Shown in pieces: positions 30,511-43,532 of a stretch of 64,000 bases of DNA. Source of the stretch: the human T2T-CHM13v2.0 reference genome, Homo sapiens; the NCBI RefSeq assembly GCF_009914755.1, contig NC_060926.1; one strand, written 5' to 3'. The number at the start of each line of letters is the position of its first letter. Position 1 is the stretch's first letter. The notes under the pieces are model-generated. The model was not told where the DNA came from, did not search any database, and saw only the letters and a program-made list of their open reading frames with translations. Position numbers and translations under genes: made by a program.

Positions 30511-30819
30511 CTAGAGAAGTAAGAAAGCACATTTTAAATGAAGGATTTTTAATAGGTGCAGAAATTTTTGGCTTGAAATCAAAGTATCAGAAAGTATGCA
30601 AGAAATTAAATCCAGTCCAAAAGCCAGAGATTAAAAGTTGTCAGGGCCACCTTTTTTGTGGGCATGTAAGTTATCAATTATGACATCTATAAACGTGGAG
30701 GCAAGAGACTTTGATTTCAAGTCCTTGATTGTCACTCAAATTTTCAGGGCCCCCATTTCTACATGGTAAAATGGGGATGTCCACCCAGTCTGACACACAG
30801 GATAATGAAATTCATATAT

Positions 30820-31330
30820 TCAAGCATTTATTTTAGCAAATGCTTTTTGAATGTCATTTTTCTATTCATCAATGATACAGTTGTACACAAAGCAGACAAG
30901 TTTCAGCCCTGCTAGATCTTGCATTCTATTGAGAGAGACAAACAGAAATCAAACAAGTAGATGGAAGTATACCTTAAGGAGGTAGTAAGTACTCACAAGA
31001 AAAATAAACCAGGGTAAGGGGTTAGAGAATGGCAATACAGTTGTGCATTTGTTGAGGGGGATGAAGGCAGGGAGGTTCTCTCTCAGAAACTGATTTCTTA
31101 GAGGTGACCCGAGCAAGGTGAGGCAGTTATATCAACATCTGGAAGAAGAACATTCCAGGCAGAGGAGCTGAAAAGGAAAGGCCCTGAGGTAGGCACATAC
31201 TTAGTACATTCTAGGAGCAGTAAGGAATCCAGGGTTGTTAAAGCCAAACTACAGAAAGGACAGGAAAGAGGAGAAAATGAAGTTGGAAAGATAATTTTGG
31301 CCCAGATACCATGTATGAATGAAAATATTT
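30820..31330 (-). mobile_element. L2 fragment
   Basis: attcaagcatttatt...ggaagaagaacattccaggcagagg...aaaggccctgaggtagg. Confidence 0.75.
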
Positions 31331-32612
31331 TGTAAACCATTACTGGTTGTAAAACTGTAAGGCCGATCCACTCTAAAGGGCATGGGAGACTGAAACCAGT
31401 CATCATATATTTTAAACGGTTTGTATTTAAAGTCCCATCTCATGAGACTTTGAAATGGTGTCATTCATTGCATTGGCATGGCTTATTTCACCAGGTGATC
31501 TAATTTCACTCACATGTGAGCATACTCAAACACACATATACACAGGGAGTTTGTCTTTACCCTCTCTGTTTCATTATTTGAACACCCTTGGATTTCTTCC
31601 TTTTCTTATATAGCAATAATAAAGCCAGTAAGAGAAAATAGTATCATATTGACCCTCCAAAAGTTGTCTTTTATTGATTTTAAAGCAATAGTCAGGCCCT
31701 TGTAACTGAAGCTTGACCCTTGGTTCTACTATGAGACAGAAACATTGACAACTTAGAGAGAGTCATAACAAAGCCACAGACATAATCACAAGATTAAGAT
31801 AGGAAACCATAAATGACAAATTATCTAAGGCAGTCATGGAGAATATAAAAGGAATCACAAAAAGAAAGAAGACACAAAAATTTCAATTTGTTAAATAACA
31901 GCCAGGGTTGAACTACTCAAGGAGTCAATTGATTGTATGACCAGGTCCCTAGAGAACATTTGGTTCCAAGGGATCCCAAAAATATTCAGCCCAAAGGGAG
32001 TTGTAAAAAAAGAGAGCTTCAGTATAAGGAAGTTCATAGCTACAATCTCAGGATTTCTTTTCCCTGACCCCCTCCTTTGTACTTCCATCTGCCCCTCTAG
32101 TTGGCTCTTTTGCCACCTCCAACCTGCCTCTTCTGCAGTTCTTTCATTATCTTTCTACATTCTCTCCTCTGAAAATATTTCTTCTGAAGCTTGTTCTCTC
32201 TCCCACACTTAATACCTACATGCTTTTTTGATAGACATCTCTACTGCACGTCTTTTTGTCCTAGTTTTTCAAACTCAATGTATCAATGAATAAGGTAATC
32301 TTCCTCCCTCTCCCCAAAATCTCTTTTCCTTTATGACTCCACAATTTCTGTTTGGGGCCTCACAATTCTTAGTTACTCAGACTCAAACCTCAAAGCCTTC
32401 TTTGTGGCCTTGCCTCTCATTTTCTCCCAAGTTCAGTCAATAAACTCTAGCAATCCCCCTTGAGTTCTCATTTGTTCTCTTTCCCTGCCTCCTCCCTGTC
32501 TCCCTACCTCTTGCCTAGATAGACATAGTGGCCTCTCAACATATCTTTCCCTCTAGTCCGTCTTCCTTTGCTGTTATTTAACAAAATGCTATCAGGGGAT
32601 TTTCCAAAGTAG

Positions 32613-33050
<438 letters not shown>

Positions 33051-33639
33051 CTTTCTAGACTTTTTCATCTTCCACTCTTCCCCCTACCACACAGTCTGCT
33101 CCAGCCGGAGAAATGGCCCACTGCCCTTGAACAGTTCCCAGTACTTCCTCACTGCTCTTCACGTGTGCCACATCCTGCATTCAGATAACCACTACCATAT
33201 CCACCTTTTAAGGTCCTTCTTCTGTTTTAAAGTCCATTTCAGAATACCGCCTCAGGGAGTGATTTGAAGTGGTATTCTAATCATGCATCCAACTGTTCAT
33301 TCACCCAGCAAGTATTTAGTGAGTACCTACTATGCATTTTACCTCAGTTGTGACTAGTTGTGCGCCTCTCTTTTCTCTCATTTCCCATCTTCCTCACACC
33401 CTAGTAAATGAAATGTAAGCTCGCTGGAGACAAGTATTGTTGAGGCTTCTTATTTTTTTTAAACCTACCACAATGGCTGACAGCTAGGAGACTAAATACA
33501 TACCAGCCAAATGAAGAAATGTTTACTTGCTGTACCCTAAATGAGAGGCACTATCTCAGTTCTTTTAGAAAGGAAAGAAATGGAGAGCAGCTGCCCCACA
33601 TTCTCCCATTCCATCCATCCTTTTCTCTCTCAAAATCAC

Positions 33640-33807
33640 ATGTCCTGTAGAAGGACTGTGGTCTCCCTCACATTTATTCTCATTTCCCTCCATTGGGGTC
33701 TATTAGTTGGTCAAGGGGCACAGGTTTGTAGCATTCTTGCATCTAGTCTGCAGGTCATGTCTTAGAACCAAGGCAAGCCGAGGGGATGCAGGATATACTT
33801 TGGTTAC
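33640..33807 (-). pseudogene. Decayed Ig exon: LALVLR/DMTCRLDA/CYK../LTN..NGG../RINVRE
   Basis: ctag| acceptor after a 74-nt intron; titin-like L.I....R.D.G.Y.L.L.N..G....INV pattern. Confidence 0.55.
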
Positions 33808-33881
33808 CTAGTAGGCTTAGACATGACAAGGAAGGCAGAATGAAAACTGTTGACTTTTAGCTCATCACCATGGAGGCTTAC

Positions 33882-33966
33882 CTACCACAAGGTCCATGAG
33901 AGTCTGGGGAAGCCATGGCTGGGGACCCAAGTCCTGGCTCTGACTATTTAACTTTTAACTCCTGAC
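33882..33966 (-). pseudogene. Exon: SGVKS*IVRARTWVPSHGFPRLSWTLW*
   Basis: tcttag| and TAG|gtaagc, 85 nt, phase 2 to 0, in phase with exon 34101-34175; two in-frame stops. Confidence 0.7.
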
Positions 33967-34100
33967 CTAAGATACTTGAAATCAATGAAGACAAGAGAAA
34001 TAGCACTGAGATATAGAGATAATGTGAATGTAAAACAAAGAGATGTCCCCCCAAAAAGGAGAAAAGAGATGTTCATCAGGAATTGAGGATGTTTCATTAC

Positions 34101-34175
34101 CTTTTTGAGCAAGCATCAAGCTGTTCCATCTGTGAGGCCAAAACTACCTCAATCATGTGTTCAAGGGTGCTAGAG
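34101..34175 (-). pseudogene. Exon: SSTLEHMIEVVLASQMEQLDACSK(R)
   Basis: atttttgtag| and AAAG|gtaatg, 75 nt, open, phase 2 to 2. Confidence 0.7.
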
Positions 34176-34274
34176 CTACAAAAATATCAAAGAGAAAGTT
34201 TTAAAGGAAATTGGACAAAATTAGAAATCAATACCAGTACTAGTTTGCTGAGTGATCATGGAGTACTCTAATAC

Positions 34275-34552
34275 CTTACTTAGCAGAATTCTACAAAAAC
34301 TCAAAATGTGAATAATTCTTGGTCTCCAGATTTATGAACATTTGATCTTGAAGAATACACGAATATTTTCCCTCTACAGCTCATCATGTTAAAAATATGC
34401 TGTATTGACAGTTCCTGGTATAAAGGAAGGTTATTTCTGTTTTTGGTGTTGCTCCCTGACTTTAGGTAACAACTAAGAGTTACATCTAATGGCACATTCA
34501 TTTAGAATTTCATGTGCATTTCACTGATGTCAGTAGATTGACATTAATTATA
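34275..34552 (-). pseudogene. Ig exon: DVTLSCYLKSG...RNNLPL...SNVHKSGDQELFTF*
   Basis: ORF 34301..34501; ttttccag| acceptor, AAG|gtatta donor. Confidence 0.65.
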
Positions 34553-34692
34553 CTGGAAAATAATATCTTATGTATCAGAAAAAAAATCAGTCATGTGGAA
34601 CAGTGCACAGCCTCAAATTTTAGATATGAATTCTGAATCTTAATTCAGAAAGCCTGATACTCATATAACTCCAACTGTGTAAACTTTCTGAC

Positions 34693-34962
34693 CTTCAGAT
34701 GAAGCCTCACTAATGTTTTACACTTATTCGAGAAAGCACTGGAAAGAGAAACAGTGTAGACTTGCTTCCCCGAGGCCTTCATCATTCTCCAGAGTTTTAT
34801 GGGAATATCTGTTTCAATTTCTGACCTACAGAGTCAAGTGCTATGGGTCATATTTTCTTTGTATTAGCGAAGATCTGGATTGATCATCTTTTTGTGTACA
34901 GTATGTATCCGCATGGTAGGGCATGTTTTTCCATTGTATAAAACTTCCTCCAACAAACACCT
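34693..34962 (-). pseudogene. Decayed Ig exon: ...TLENDEG/VYTVSLSSAFSNKCKTLVRLHLK
   Basis: D.G.Y.V.L...V.L.V pattern, AAG|gtcaga donor; start approximate. Confidence 0.55.
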
Positions 34963-35959
34963 CTAGCAATATATATTTTTAATACCTAACCCAAACACAA
35001 CTCACACAGATAATTTCTTGCATAGTCTAACAATCCATAAAGCTCAAAGTGTTCTAGAATTTTTCAGGACTATAGTCTGAAACTACAGTTCAACATGCAC
35101 ACATAAATGTACATACAGACACACACACACACATACACACAAACATATAAAACATTAACATTAAACACTCATTCAGCCACTCCACCAACGGATCCCGTGA
35201 GAAGCAAGAGAACCAGGATAGACACGATAGATCTGTGATTGTGAAGTGAGGAGCAAAGGAGATCAAGACAGAATATCGTAGAATGGAGGTGATTTGGGAG
35301 CCAAAGGGGCTATCCAGAGAAACTTCCAAGAAAAGGGGGATCAGGTTAAAAAAAAAAAACACATCCCAAAAGAAAGATCTTTGCCTGGGAAAAGCATGAG
35401 TGATTATGCAAGTTTTAAAGGGTGAATTAAAGGATCAGGCCTGAGTTTCCTGAAGCACCAATATATAAGGCAGAACCATGTTCTGCAAGAGCCTGGGCCT
35501 TGCCTGTTGGGAAGACAGGCACTCATACGGCCATAAAGCTAGTCAGACGCAGATGTTCATTAGCACAGCATAAGTGTCGACTATGGAGAAAGTGGTTAAA
35601 AAATTGTCATACTCCCAACAGACTGGGATGCTGTTATTGAACGAATAAAAACCTTCCTTATTACATAAGGGAAAGTATATATATTAATAATAAATGTACA
35701 AAAAAATCAAAATAGAAATCCAAATAGATAGAATATAGCTCTGCTAAAAACAAAACTATATATTAAAAAGAGGGCTGATAGATTGTGCCAAAATTTTAAT
35801 TAAACTGTTGTGAAGGGTTGTGCTGAATGTTTTTCATTTGTTGTTTTATTGTTTCACTTTCTGCATATGTGCATTTTCCTAATTTTCAAACGCACATGAA
35901 TTACTTTAGTAATGAAAAAAGTACAAATAAGCCTTGTTTATTTTCTGAGGTATGATACC

Positions 35960-36480
35960 CAGGATTACACTGTCATACAAGGAGCTCAGAAATGGGAATC
36001 AGAATACCTGAGTTTTAGTACAAATCTGTTGTTCTGCAACTGTGTGAATTTAGGCAAGTCACTGGACCTCTCTGACAATAATCATAATTTATTGAACGGT
36101 TGAATGTGTACTCTGTATCAGGCACTTCCCTAAATACTTTGCCCATGTTATCTCATCTACTACTCCCATTAATGAAATAGATAGGTCTTGCTCTACTACT
36201 GTGCAGATGAGAAACCTGAGTCTTAAAGAAATGAAATAATTGCCCAAGACTATACAGTTAGCAAGCAATTGAACTAGGAATAGAACTTAGGACTAGCTAT
36301 ATGCCTTCTCACCTTTTCATCTGTAAAATTAAGGATAAGGTGTGCTTCTTGAACTTTTCTACTCATAATATGAGTTCCCATGAAGCCAGGACTCTGTATT
36401 AGTTTTGTTCACTGATATATCCCAAGCACTTAGCCCAGTGCCTAGCACTGACTAGATACTCAGTAAATATTTGTTGAATT
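35960..36480. mobile_element. MIR and L2 fragments
   Basis: gcagatgagaaacctgag MIR core; cagtgcctagcac...taaatatttgttgaat L2 tail. Confidence 0.7.
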
Positions 36481-36545
36481 AAAGTACCTGCAGAAGAGAC
36501 AGAACCCATGATTTCCAGAGTTCTGAAAGCAATTTTCAAAATTAC

Positions 36546-36790
36546 CATCTGCAAGTGGAGATTTTTCAGAAGTCTCATATTTTAACATAGAACTTTATAT
36601 GGTCTTTGTATTCTACTTTATAATATAATATGTGTTTTAACTTTGAAACTGTTTTTCAATAGTTTCCAACTATTCAACCTGTTAGTAACTTTAATCCGCT
36701 TTCCCTCCTTGAATACTCAAGCAAAATCGGTGTTCATGGAAGTTTTGACATATTTATCCTATGTCTCCTGGTACACCTGGCATACCTTGC
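36546..36790 (-). pseudogene. Decayed Ig exon: GVPGDIG*IC../DFA*VFKEGKRIKVTNRL
   Basis: W(>stop).FK.GKRI motif; ATG|gtaatt donor. Confidence 0.55.
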
Positions 36791-37059
36791 ATACTACCAT
36801 GAGCACATGCACCCAGGCAAAGAAGCATGAATCTAAATGGTCTCTAATATTCTCACTGATTCTTAAAATGCTAATCTTTCAGGATGGAGCACAATCCACT
36901 AAATACAATTGAATAGTAAGACATAGAGTAGAACCTCGTTGTTCTGGACATATGATTTTACATCTTCAGTCTGAAATTGCTTTAGGGTTTCTGGCCCCTT
37001 AAATAAATTGGCTTGTTTTAAGCTTGCAATGAACTAAAAGCCCTACATTTTTCTTTATA

Positions 37060-37315
37060 CACTATTGTAAACCAAGTACTCCTCGTCTCAAAGCTGGCAT
37101 ATTTTTTTAACCTATATGCAAGAGCTTATATTTCTACCCTAATAAAACCAATCATTAATTTCAGTTAATCATTCCAGGCTGTTGAGAGCTTTACTGAACC
37201 CATCTGTGTCACCTACCACAGTAGCTATTTATCCCTGATGGAAAATTTACAGACTTGCCTTCCCTGTCTTCATCCATAGCGTTTATAAAAATAAACAGGA
37301 CAGGACAGAGCTTTT
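37060..37315 (-). mobile_element. L3/CR1 fragment
   Basis: ttccaggctgttgagag...tgtcttcatccatagcgtttataaaaataaacaggacagg resembles the recalled L3 consensus. Confidence 0.55.
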
Positions 37316-37319
37316 GAGG

Positions 37320-37560
37320 ATACTATTATAAACCTTCGTGTGGGCCACAGACACTCATAGCCAAGAGGGAAGACATGGCCCCACTAAAGTAACACATCAA
37401 AATCCATGCAAGGGTATGAGATATTTTCATATTTTTCAAAAGAAAATGAATTGGTTTTAAAGGACTAGACACACTTAATTTGAATGACAAGTAATCATTC
37501 ATCAACATGCTAGATCCTGTTGAGCAATTACCTATAAATTTGCCTATCTGCAGCTTCATT
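37320..37560 (-). pseudogene. Ig exon: YLSFKLSVSSP...LKNMKI...SGAMSSLLAMSVCGPHEGL*
   Basis: ORF 37326..37559; HEGL(Y>TAA) corresponds to D/H.G.Y. Confidence 0.6.
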
Positions 37561-37824
37561 CATTTAATCTACAAGATATAGAAAAAATGTTGATTACATG
37601 TGCTTCTAAAATCAAAGTTTCTGATAAACAACTCTAATAATGTGTTTTTCTTAAATGAGGCTATATTGACATTTTTTTGGTATGTGTGTACTCGTTGATT
37701 GCTTTCTTCCTAACATTTAAAAAATAGGCTTTTTTTCTGGAAATTAAAATTCACTTCGTGAATATAAAGGTTCTACAGTTTACATTTTCTCCATATCTGA
37801 AAATTAGGTTCACTTTTATTACTC

Positions 37825-38276
37825 TGTGGCAGGTGCAGTCAGAACCCCCACCCATATCACCTCAGCCTTCCCTGAAGGTCACTGCCTAGTCCCTGCACAC
37901 GCTTCTGTCATATCTGCCAGAGGGCATTCTCTGACACAAGGGAGCCTGCTAGACACGTCAGCAGGCCAGGATTTTTCCCAGGGCATCCTAATGAGGAATT
38001 CAGTTTGGTCAATAGGCACCCCTGCTGACTCTCCCTCTGTGAGACAATTTTGAGACATATTCTATAGTCTCTCAGAAGGACCTTAGATGAAATGAGCCAA
38101 ACTTCCAATAGGAATAATTCACTAATTGATGCAGCTTCATTTGCTTTCCTCCCTTCCAGGCTCATTTCTTCATTCCCACCTTGTGCTTTCTGGGATCACT
38201 TCCCAAAAACCTACTTGCACCCAAATTTTGATCTCTGAATCTGCTTTGGGAAGAATCAAAGCTGACCCAATCTACA
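37825..38276 (+). mobile_element. LTR16C-like ERVL solo LTR
   Basis: tgtggcag...cccatatcac; gggatcacttcccaaaaacctacttgcacccaaat...ctgctttgggaagaa; degenerate TSD tactc/atctc. Confidence 0.7.
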
Positions 38277-38620
38277 ATCTCCTGTACTGCTCCAATGTGT
38301 GATCTTTGTAAAACCACTAAAATTGTTTCCCAATCATATCAACTGTTGTTTCACTACCCATAGATGCAATCCACTTCCACTTGTGCTTACAGACTAGCCA
38401 TTATTGACAATCTAGGTGTGGGTGCTTTCTTACCACTGCTCCATCTCTCTTGTGCCTTGATGTCCCTCAGTCATGTTTATTCTACCATTTACAGTATGAA
38501 AGCCATTCTTTTCATTGGAGAAAAGAAAACAAAACAGAAGCTAAGCATTACTGTCTTTTTTTCTCTCAAGACACTTCAAGGTCATATTCAAAGCCTTCAA
38601 AAGAAGAACTTGAGGTTAAA
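38277..38620 (-). pseudogene. Decayed Ig segments: KAL/DLEV/LER/KTVML..C...EKNG and GKQF*WFYKDHTLE, the latter cut by the LTR
   Basis: L.DLEV.E..TV.L.C and W.KD motifs; continuation NLYIHEV lies left of the LTR (about 37750-37820). Confidence 0.55.
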
Positions 38621-38649
38621 AAAAATGCTGTGCTAAGACTGGAAAATAC

Positions 38650-38880
38650 CCACATAATTAGTTGAAAAGTTACATTAACCGTCTACACCATGATAGTTAT
38701 CATCTATCTATAAGATATCAAGAGAGTAGGCAGAGGCGTTGAGAAGAATATGATGAGTCTGAGTAAAATAACTGGTCCTCCTGGGGAACCTGCCAGATTA
38801 TCACATTATCTCAAAAATGACCACGTTGTGGTCAAGAACATCAGCTTTAGGAAATATAACACCAAAGGCTCCTTCTTTGA
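38650..38880 (-). pseudogene. Decayed Ig exon: TTTW../RDNVII...HHILLNASAYSLDIL*IDDNYHGVD
   Basis: YSL.I..I...D.G.Y pattern in manual translation. Confidence 0.55.
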
Positions 38881-41099
38881 AGCTGCCACAATGTAGATCT
38901 ATTCAAAATGTGCCTGGCAGTAAGCTTCATTAAGCCTTGGTAAGTAACAGAAACAGAGTTCTCACCACAGTGTTTGTGTGATAGCTCCAAAGGCAGATTT
39001 AAAGAGAAGTCAATGCTGAATTGTTTGCCTTTGCAAGAAGCCTTTTCAGCCTGAACACAAAAATGTTCACTATAAACTCATTGTACGTGATATTGTGCGC
39101 CCATTTATAACGACCTTTTTTAAAAAAATGTGCTGCTTAAATGACTCATTCTTTTTTACAGACTAGTATAACAATTACTTTTAGAAAACTCAACTATTAA
39201 AATACCTGAGTTTAAGAGAAGAAAATGTACTTCCTGTTATATTTTCTTTCATTAAAGTAAGCCAGCTGTACTGTTGCGTTTAAGTGTAATTGTTTAACAA
39301 ATTTTTTTTTGAAAGAAAAACACTTCAGAAAACACAGTAAGAGGTCTTCAAGACCATGCTATGGAAAAAAAAATCTTGCTAATAATGTCCCATTTTCCTT
39401 CCTCCAACTGAGTAAGCCTGTGGTAATTATGACATGATAATCTACGGAGACAGAGACACGGTGGTTGCCCGATCCTTTACTAGCTTTGTGGCATTAAGAG
39501 AATCACTTAATCTTCCTGAGACCCAGTTTCCTCCTTTCCTAAATGGATTCTTTAAAGGTTAAAAGAGATGATATGTTTATAATGCCTGACATGTAGCTGG
39601 TCTTCAGAAGTAATTGATGGTAAGTAGAGTAAGAATTGCAATAGTGGCAGGTGCACCCAGAGACAACTCGGGATTCAGGCCACTGCTCTAGTGCTCTTGC
39701 AAGTTTTGTTCCCTGGTTCTCCCTCAGGTTTGGGAGATTTCTTATTAGCTTTCATTTCTTGGGTTCATGTTGTGAGACATGATAGTGGTACCTCATAGTT
39801 CCCTCTTGCATTTGGAGGTTATAGATGGGGACTTTCATGGAATGGTCACGTTTAAAACCTATTTGCTCTCCAAAGCTTGTCCATGAGATGTTGTAGGCCT
39901 TTTCTCATCTTACTTGGCATGTACTTAACTGAAGATAGCAGCGGTGTTAAGTTGCTGGTTCAGTCATTTTGGGTTATGTTCTCTAGGTGATGCATTATGC
40001 ATTTTTGCCTATCTTTAGTCCTCCATTCTCACCCTGGTAGTCTGCAAGCTCCATGATGACAGAAAGTGCTTCTGAGTTGTTCACCTCTGTACCTTAGCCT
40101 GGTAGCACTCAACAAAAATATGTTGAAGAAATAACTAAAGAAAGAATAAATGTAGTGGTTGTCACCTCCCACCTCAAAAGAAAGAAAAACCTTTCATTTC
40201 TAATTGTACCTTACACAACTGAAGTTTTCATACACACATAAGGACTCTGAGTCAAGGACAATACTAGCCTAATGCAGTTTGTGAGATTGCTGTCCTAATT
40301 ACTCCAGCATACATACATGTAATTTATTATTCATGCAGATGTTTTGCTCCTTATAATATAGGACAAAAGAAAAAGAACACTGTCTATCCCAGAAAAGGCT
40401 ACTCAGGGCATGAACTTGTCCACTAAATATTGTTTATGCTGACTTCAACTCTTGCTTTTTAAATTTTATTATTATTCAGAGTCTTATTAAAGTAGAATTT
40501 ATTTTACATGTAAACTCTTGTGATGTGGTTATTTTCTAACAACATTAAATGCTGACAAATAAAAACCTGTCTTGTATGACATACACAATGTTTGAGAAAC
40601 TGAGTAATGACAAAATATGTGACTATTCTAAAACAAGAACTTAATGGTTAGTAGACTGTTTTGCTTTCCAACCACATTACTGCATAGTAAAATGCATTGT
40701 CAAAAAGCATGTCTTTGAAAGGGCATTTCTTTTGTTGGTTTGCCTACTTTTACTGTAAGGCTAATTAGCCATGACAATTAACATAGATGTAGGTCCTAAA
40801 AGAAATAGGATTAACTGAAATGAAACCATCTCATCTCATCGTAATAAAGATGAAACATGAGACACAGCACAGGCAAAATGCTGTACTTTCTCAGGTTCAC
40901 AGCCATCAAATATATCCTTTTGACACATGTCAGGGTGATAAACATTTTATGGGCTAGTAGATTTCTGTTTTTTATTTTGTAAGAAAGCTTGCACAATGGC
41001 ATTTTAATGCAGAAAATCTAAATGTGTAAATTTTATACATTTCAAGGAAAACATTCAGGTGCTATAAAAGAATTCATAGACAAAAAAATCCCAGTACGC

Positions 41100-41433
41100 A
41101 AAATTCAAAATTTATAACAAGAAAATTAGCATGGAATCTTATTTCTGGACCACATGGATATTGCTGTACCACTCTGAAAGCAAACCAGAATTTCTCATTC
41201 ATCGTCAAAAAACATAGATAGATCCTAAACATGTAACAGAAGCATTTCTACGCACTGGTTTCTATGGCCTAGTCTGTGTAGAAATCATCCACGAAATACA
41301 TAAAGTACTACTTGAAAGAAGTGACAATTTGTCCTTCGGCACTTTGGATCTCTGCATTTCTTTAAAGGGCTTTCCTTTAGGGGGTTGTGTAATCAGTTTC
41401 TTCAGAATATGTATGTTTTGATTAATGAACACA
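41100..41433 (-). pseudogene. Decayed Ig exon: QPPK../SAEGQIVT/ISW/..FLTMNE/QSGT/YPC..FHANFLV
   Basis: aatccag| acceptor, ORF 41262..41531 plus shifted frames. Confidence 0.5.
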
Positions 41434-42847
41434 CTGGATTTTTGAAGGGAATAAACAGCAAAAGACAATGTTGCATTTGTTGCAAAAGTCATGATCGCAC
41501 CCATGAGAATAAGTTTCTTCTTTTTAATCAAGAATTAGGATGAATTCACAATGACCTAAGGGCATCATGTCACATCTCATAGATTAGACTAGGCCCAAGA
41601 AAGATGTTAATGCTCAAGGCAGGACCATTTTATGAATTCTCAAACCATCTTGGTATTTCATGCTCATACAAATTTTTTTCCTTTCAGTTAAAGAAATCCA
41701 TTTTTCCATGCTCTGTGGTATTTTTAGCTATATAAAAATGAGAAATTAATTTCTGCTGTTTGCCTCTAGAGCAAGATGAATGTTTTAAAAATTACATTTA
41801 ACTTCCATGCATGCAAAACATTTTTTTCTGAAGAGAAAAGCATTGTTAATGATGCTATAACTACAATCTTCTCCTCACCTGAGAAGGTCATTTCAAGAAG
41901 GATCACTTGCTATTAAAAAAAAATGCTTAATGAAGGCAGAACAGTCTAAATTACCTCTTGAGCATACTACTCTAATGACTGATAAATCTAGGGAAATTTA
42001 CTGAAAAAAAACTTCATTTCACGAGATTCCAATGATCAGTTTTACTGACTCATCAATGCCCTAATTATTCAATACACACACTCACTACTAACCCCCACTC
42101 CTACCCTATTTCTACTGGGAATAATCTCTATCATCAATCTGGTGAGTGGTTTCGTTATCTTAATGTATTTAAAAAGGAACATTTCCAGAAACCATTACAT
42201 TTTAGATAAATTGCACTGGTTTCAAAAAGATAAGATAAAACTCTGAGAACATCAAAATTTAGGAAATGGGCATAAATACACACCACAAGTACACTGTTTT
42301 CAGTATCTACATTTTCAAAAAATTTTCATAAGACCCTGAAAGTCTGTGGGGTCCCATGTTTTATTTTACTGATTGGTTGAGATAGCCTGCGTCCATGAAG
42401 TGAAGAAAACTACGAAAATCATCAGCCTGCGTGCCAACAGACAGGGATTGCATTATTAACCACATTTATGACTGGCACCAATATTTAACCCCTTTGCTAT
42501 TCAAGTGTCATCATGGTAAAATGAAACAGTTGAACTAAATTATTTCTAATGTCATTCTCTGTAGTACTTAAAACTAATAGCTATTAGAAGGATTCTTATC
42601 AAAAATTTCTTAATGTGACAACTAATTTTTCTATGAATATTTTTCAAGATAAAGCAAGAGGATAGTCACATATTTGCATATATATTAAAGAAAACTTCAG
42701 AAGTCTGAATTAATGAACAGTCCATGGGAGGAAGTATTGTGTATGTATGGAAAAAGGGAAGTGTGTATTCTCTTTATTTTTATCTTCTGAATGTAAGAAT
42801 GTTTATAACATGAGCATATGAACGTGGCAATGAAAAAAGTTAAACTA

Positions 42848-43075
42848 ACTTCTAGTTTTTAGCTCTGTGTGTAAGGAGCTTGGAGGTCACCACTCTTGTC
42901 TGGACAACAAATAAAAATGTGGAGTACAAAATCAACAACTCTTCTTGGATGCAAAAGAGAGATGAGGACACAGGGCAAACTGTTGTCCCCAAAATTAGAG
43001 AGACAAACAAGTGAATAACAGGGAGTTGTAGCTTACCAGAGTAGACTCACAAGCAGAAACCACTCTGGGAACCAC
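42848..43075 (+). mobile_element. Old L1M (L1MD-like) 5' end fragment
   Basis: gtaaggagcttggaggtcaccactc...aaaatcaacaactcttcttggat...gaggacacagggcaaactg. Confidence 0.6.
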
Positions 43076-43532
43076 AAAATATAGTTCTGTTTCCACGCTT
43101 TTCCTGGCTTTTGACTCTCTAATATTCAATTTACTGTGTACCACTGTGTTAATCATTTTGGCCCATAGCCAAACACTGCTTCCATTATGGGGGAAAGATT
43201 AATAATAAACATCCACAAGTGTAGTAGCCTACATTTAAAAGAAAAAATTGTTTCTATACATTTTATTTTCAATAACTTCATTTTATACAGGTAGCCATAA
43301 ACTCTACTCAAGGCTGGTCCCAAGCCAGCAAGTTTTAGGAGGAACCTTACCTATGTTGTTGCAATGTTAACACACACGCACACACACACCTCATCATAAC
43401 CACTACAACTGGGCCAAGTGCACAATTTGGAACATAAAATACCAAATTCTGTTACTTACAAGAAAGCTAAAAAACAGATTGGAGAGAAATTCATTTAAAA
43501 GAATAAACCACAATAAACAAACATCATCAAAT

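Noticed and set aside
41470-41520. CDHDFCN, resembling a Ly6/uPAR C-terminus, on the minus strand
   Set aside because: Isolated, bounded by stops, and with no other supporting cysteine pattern.
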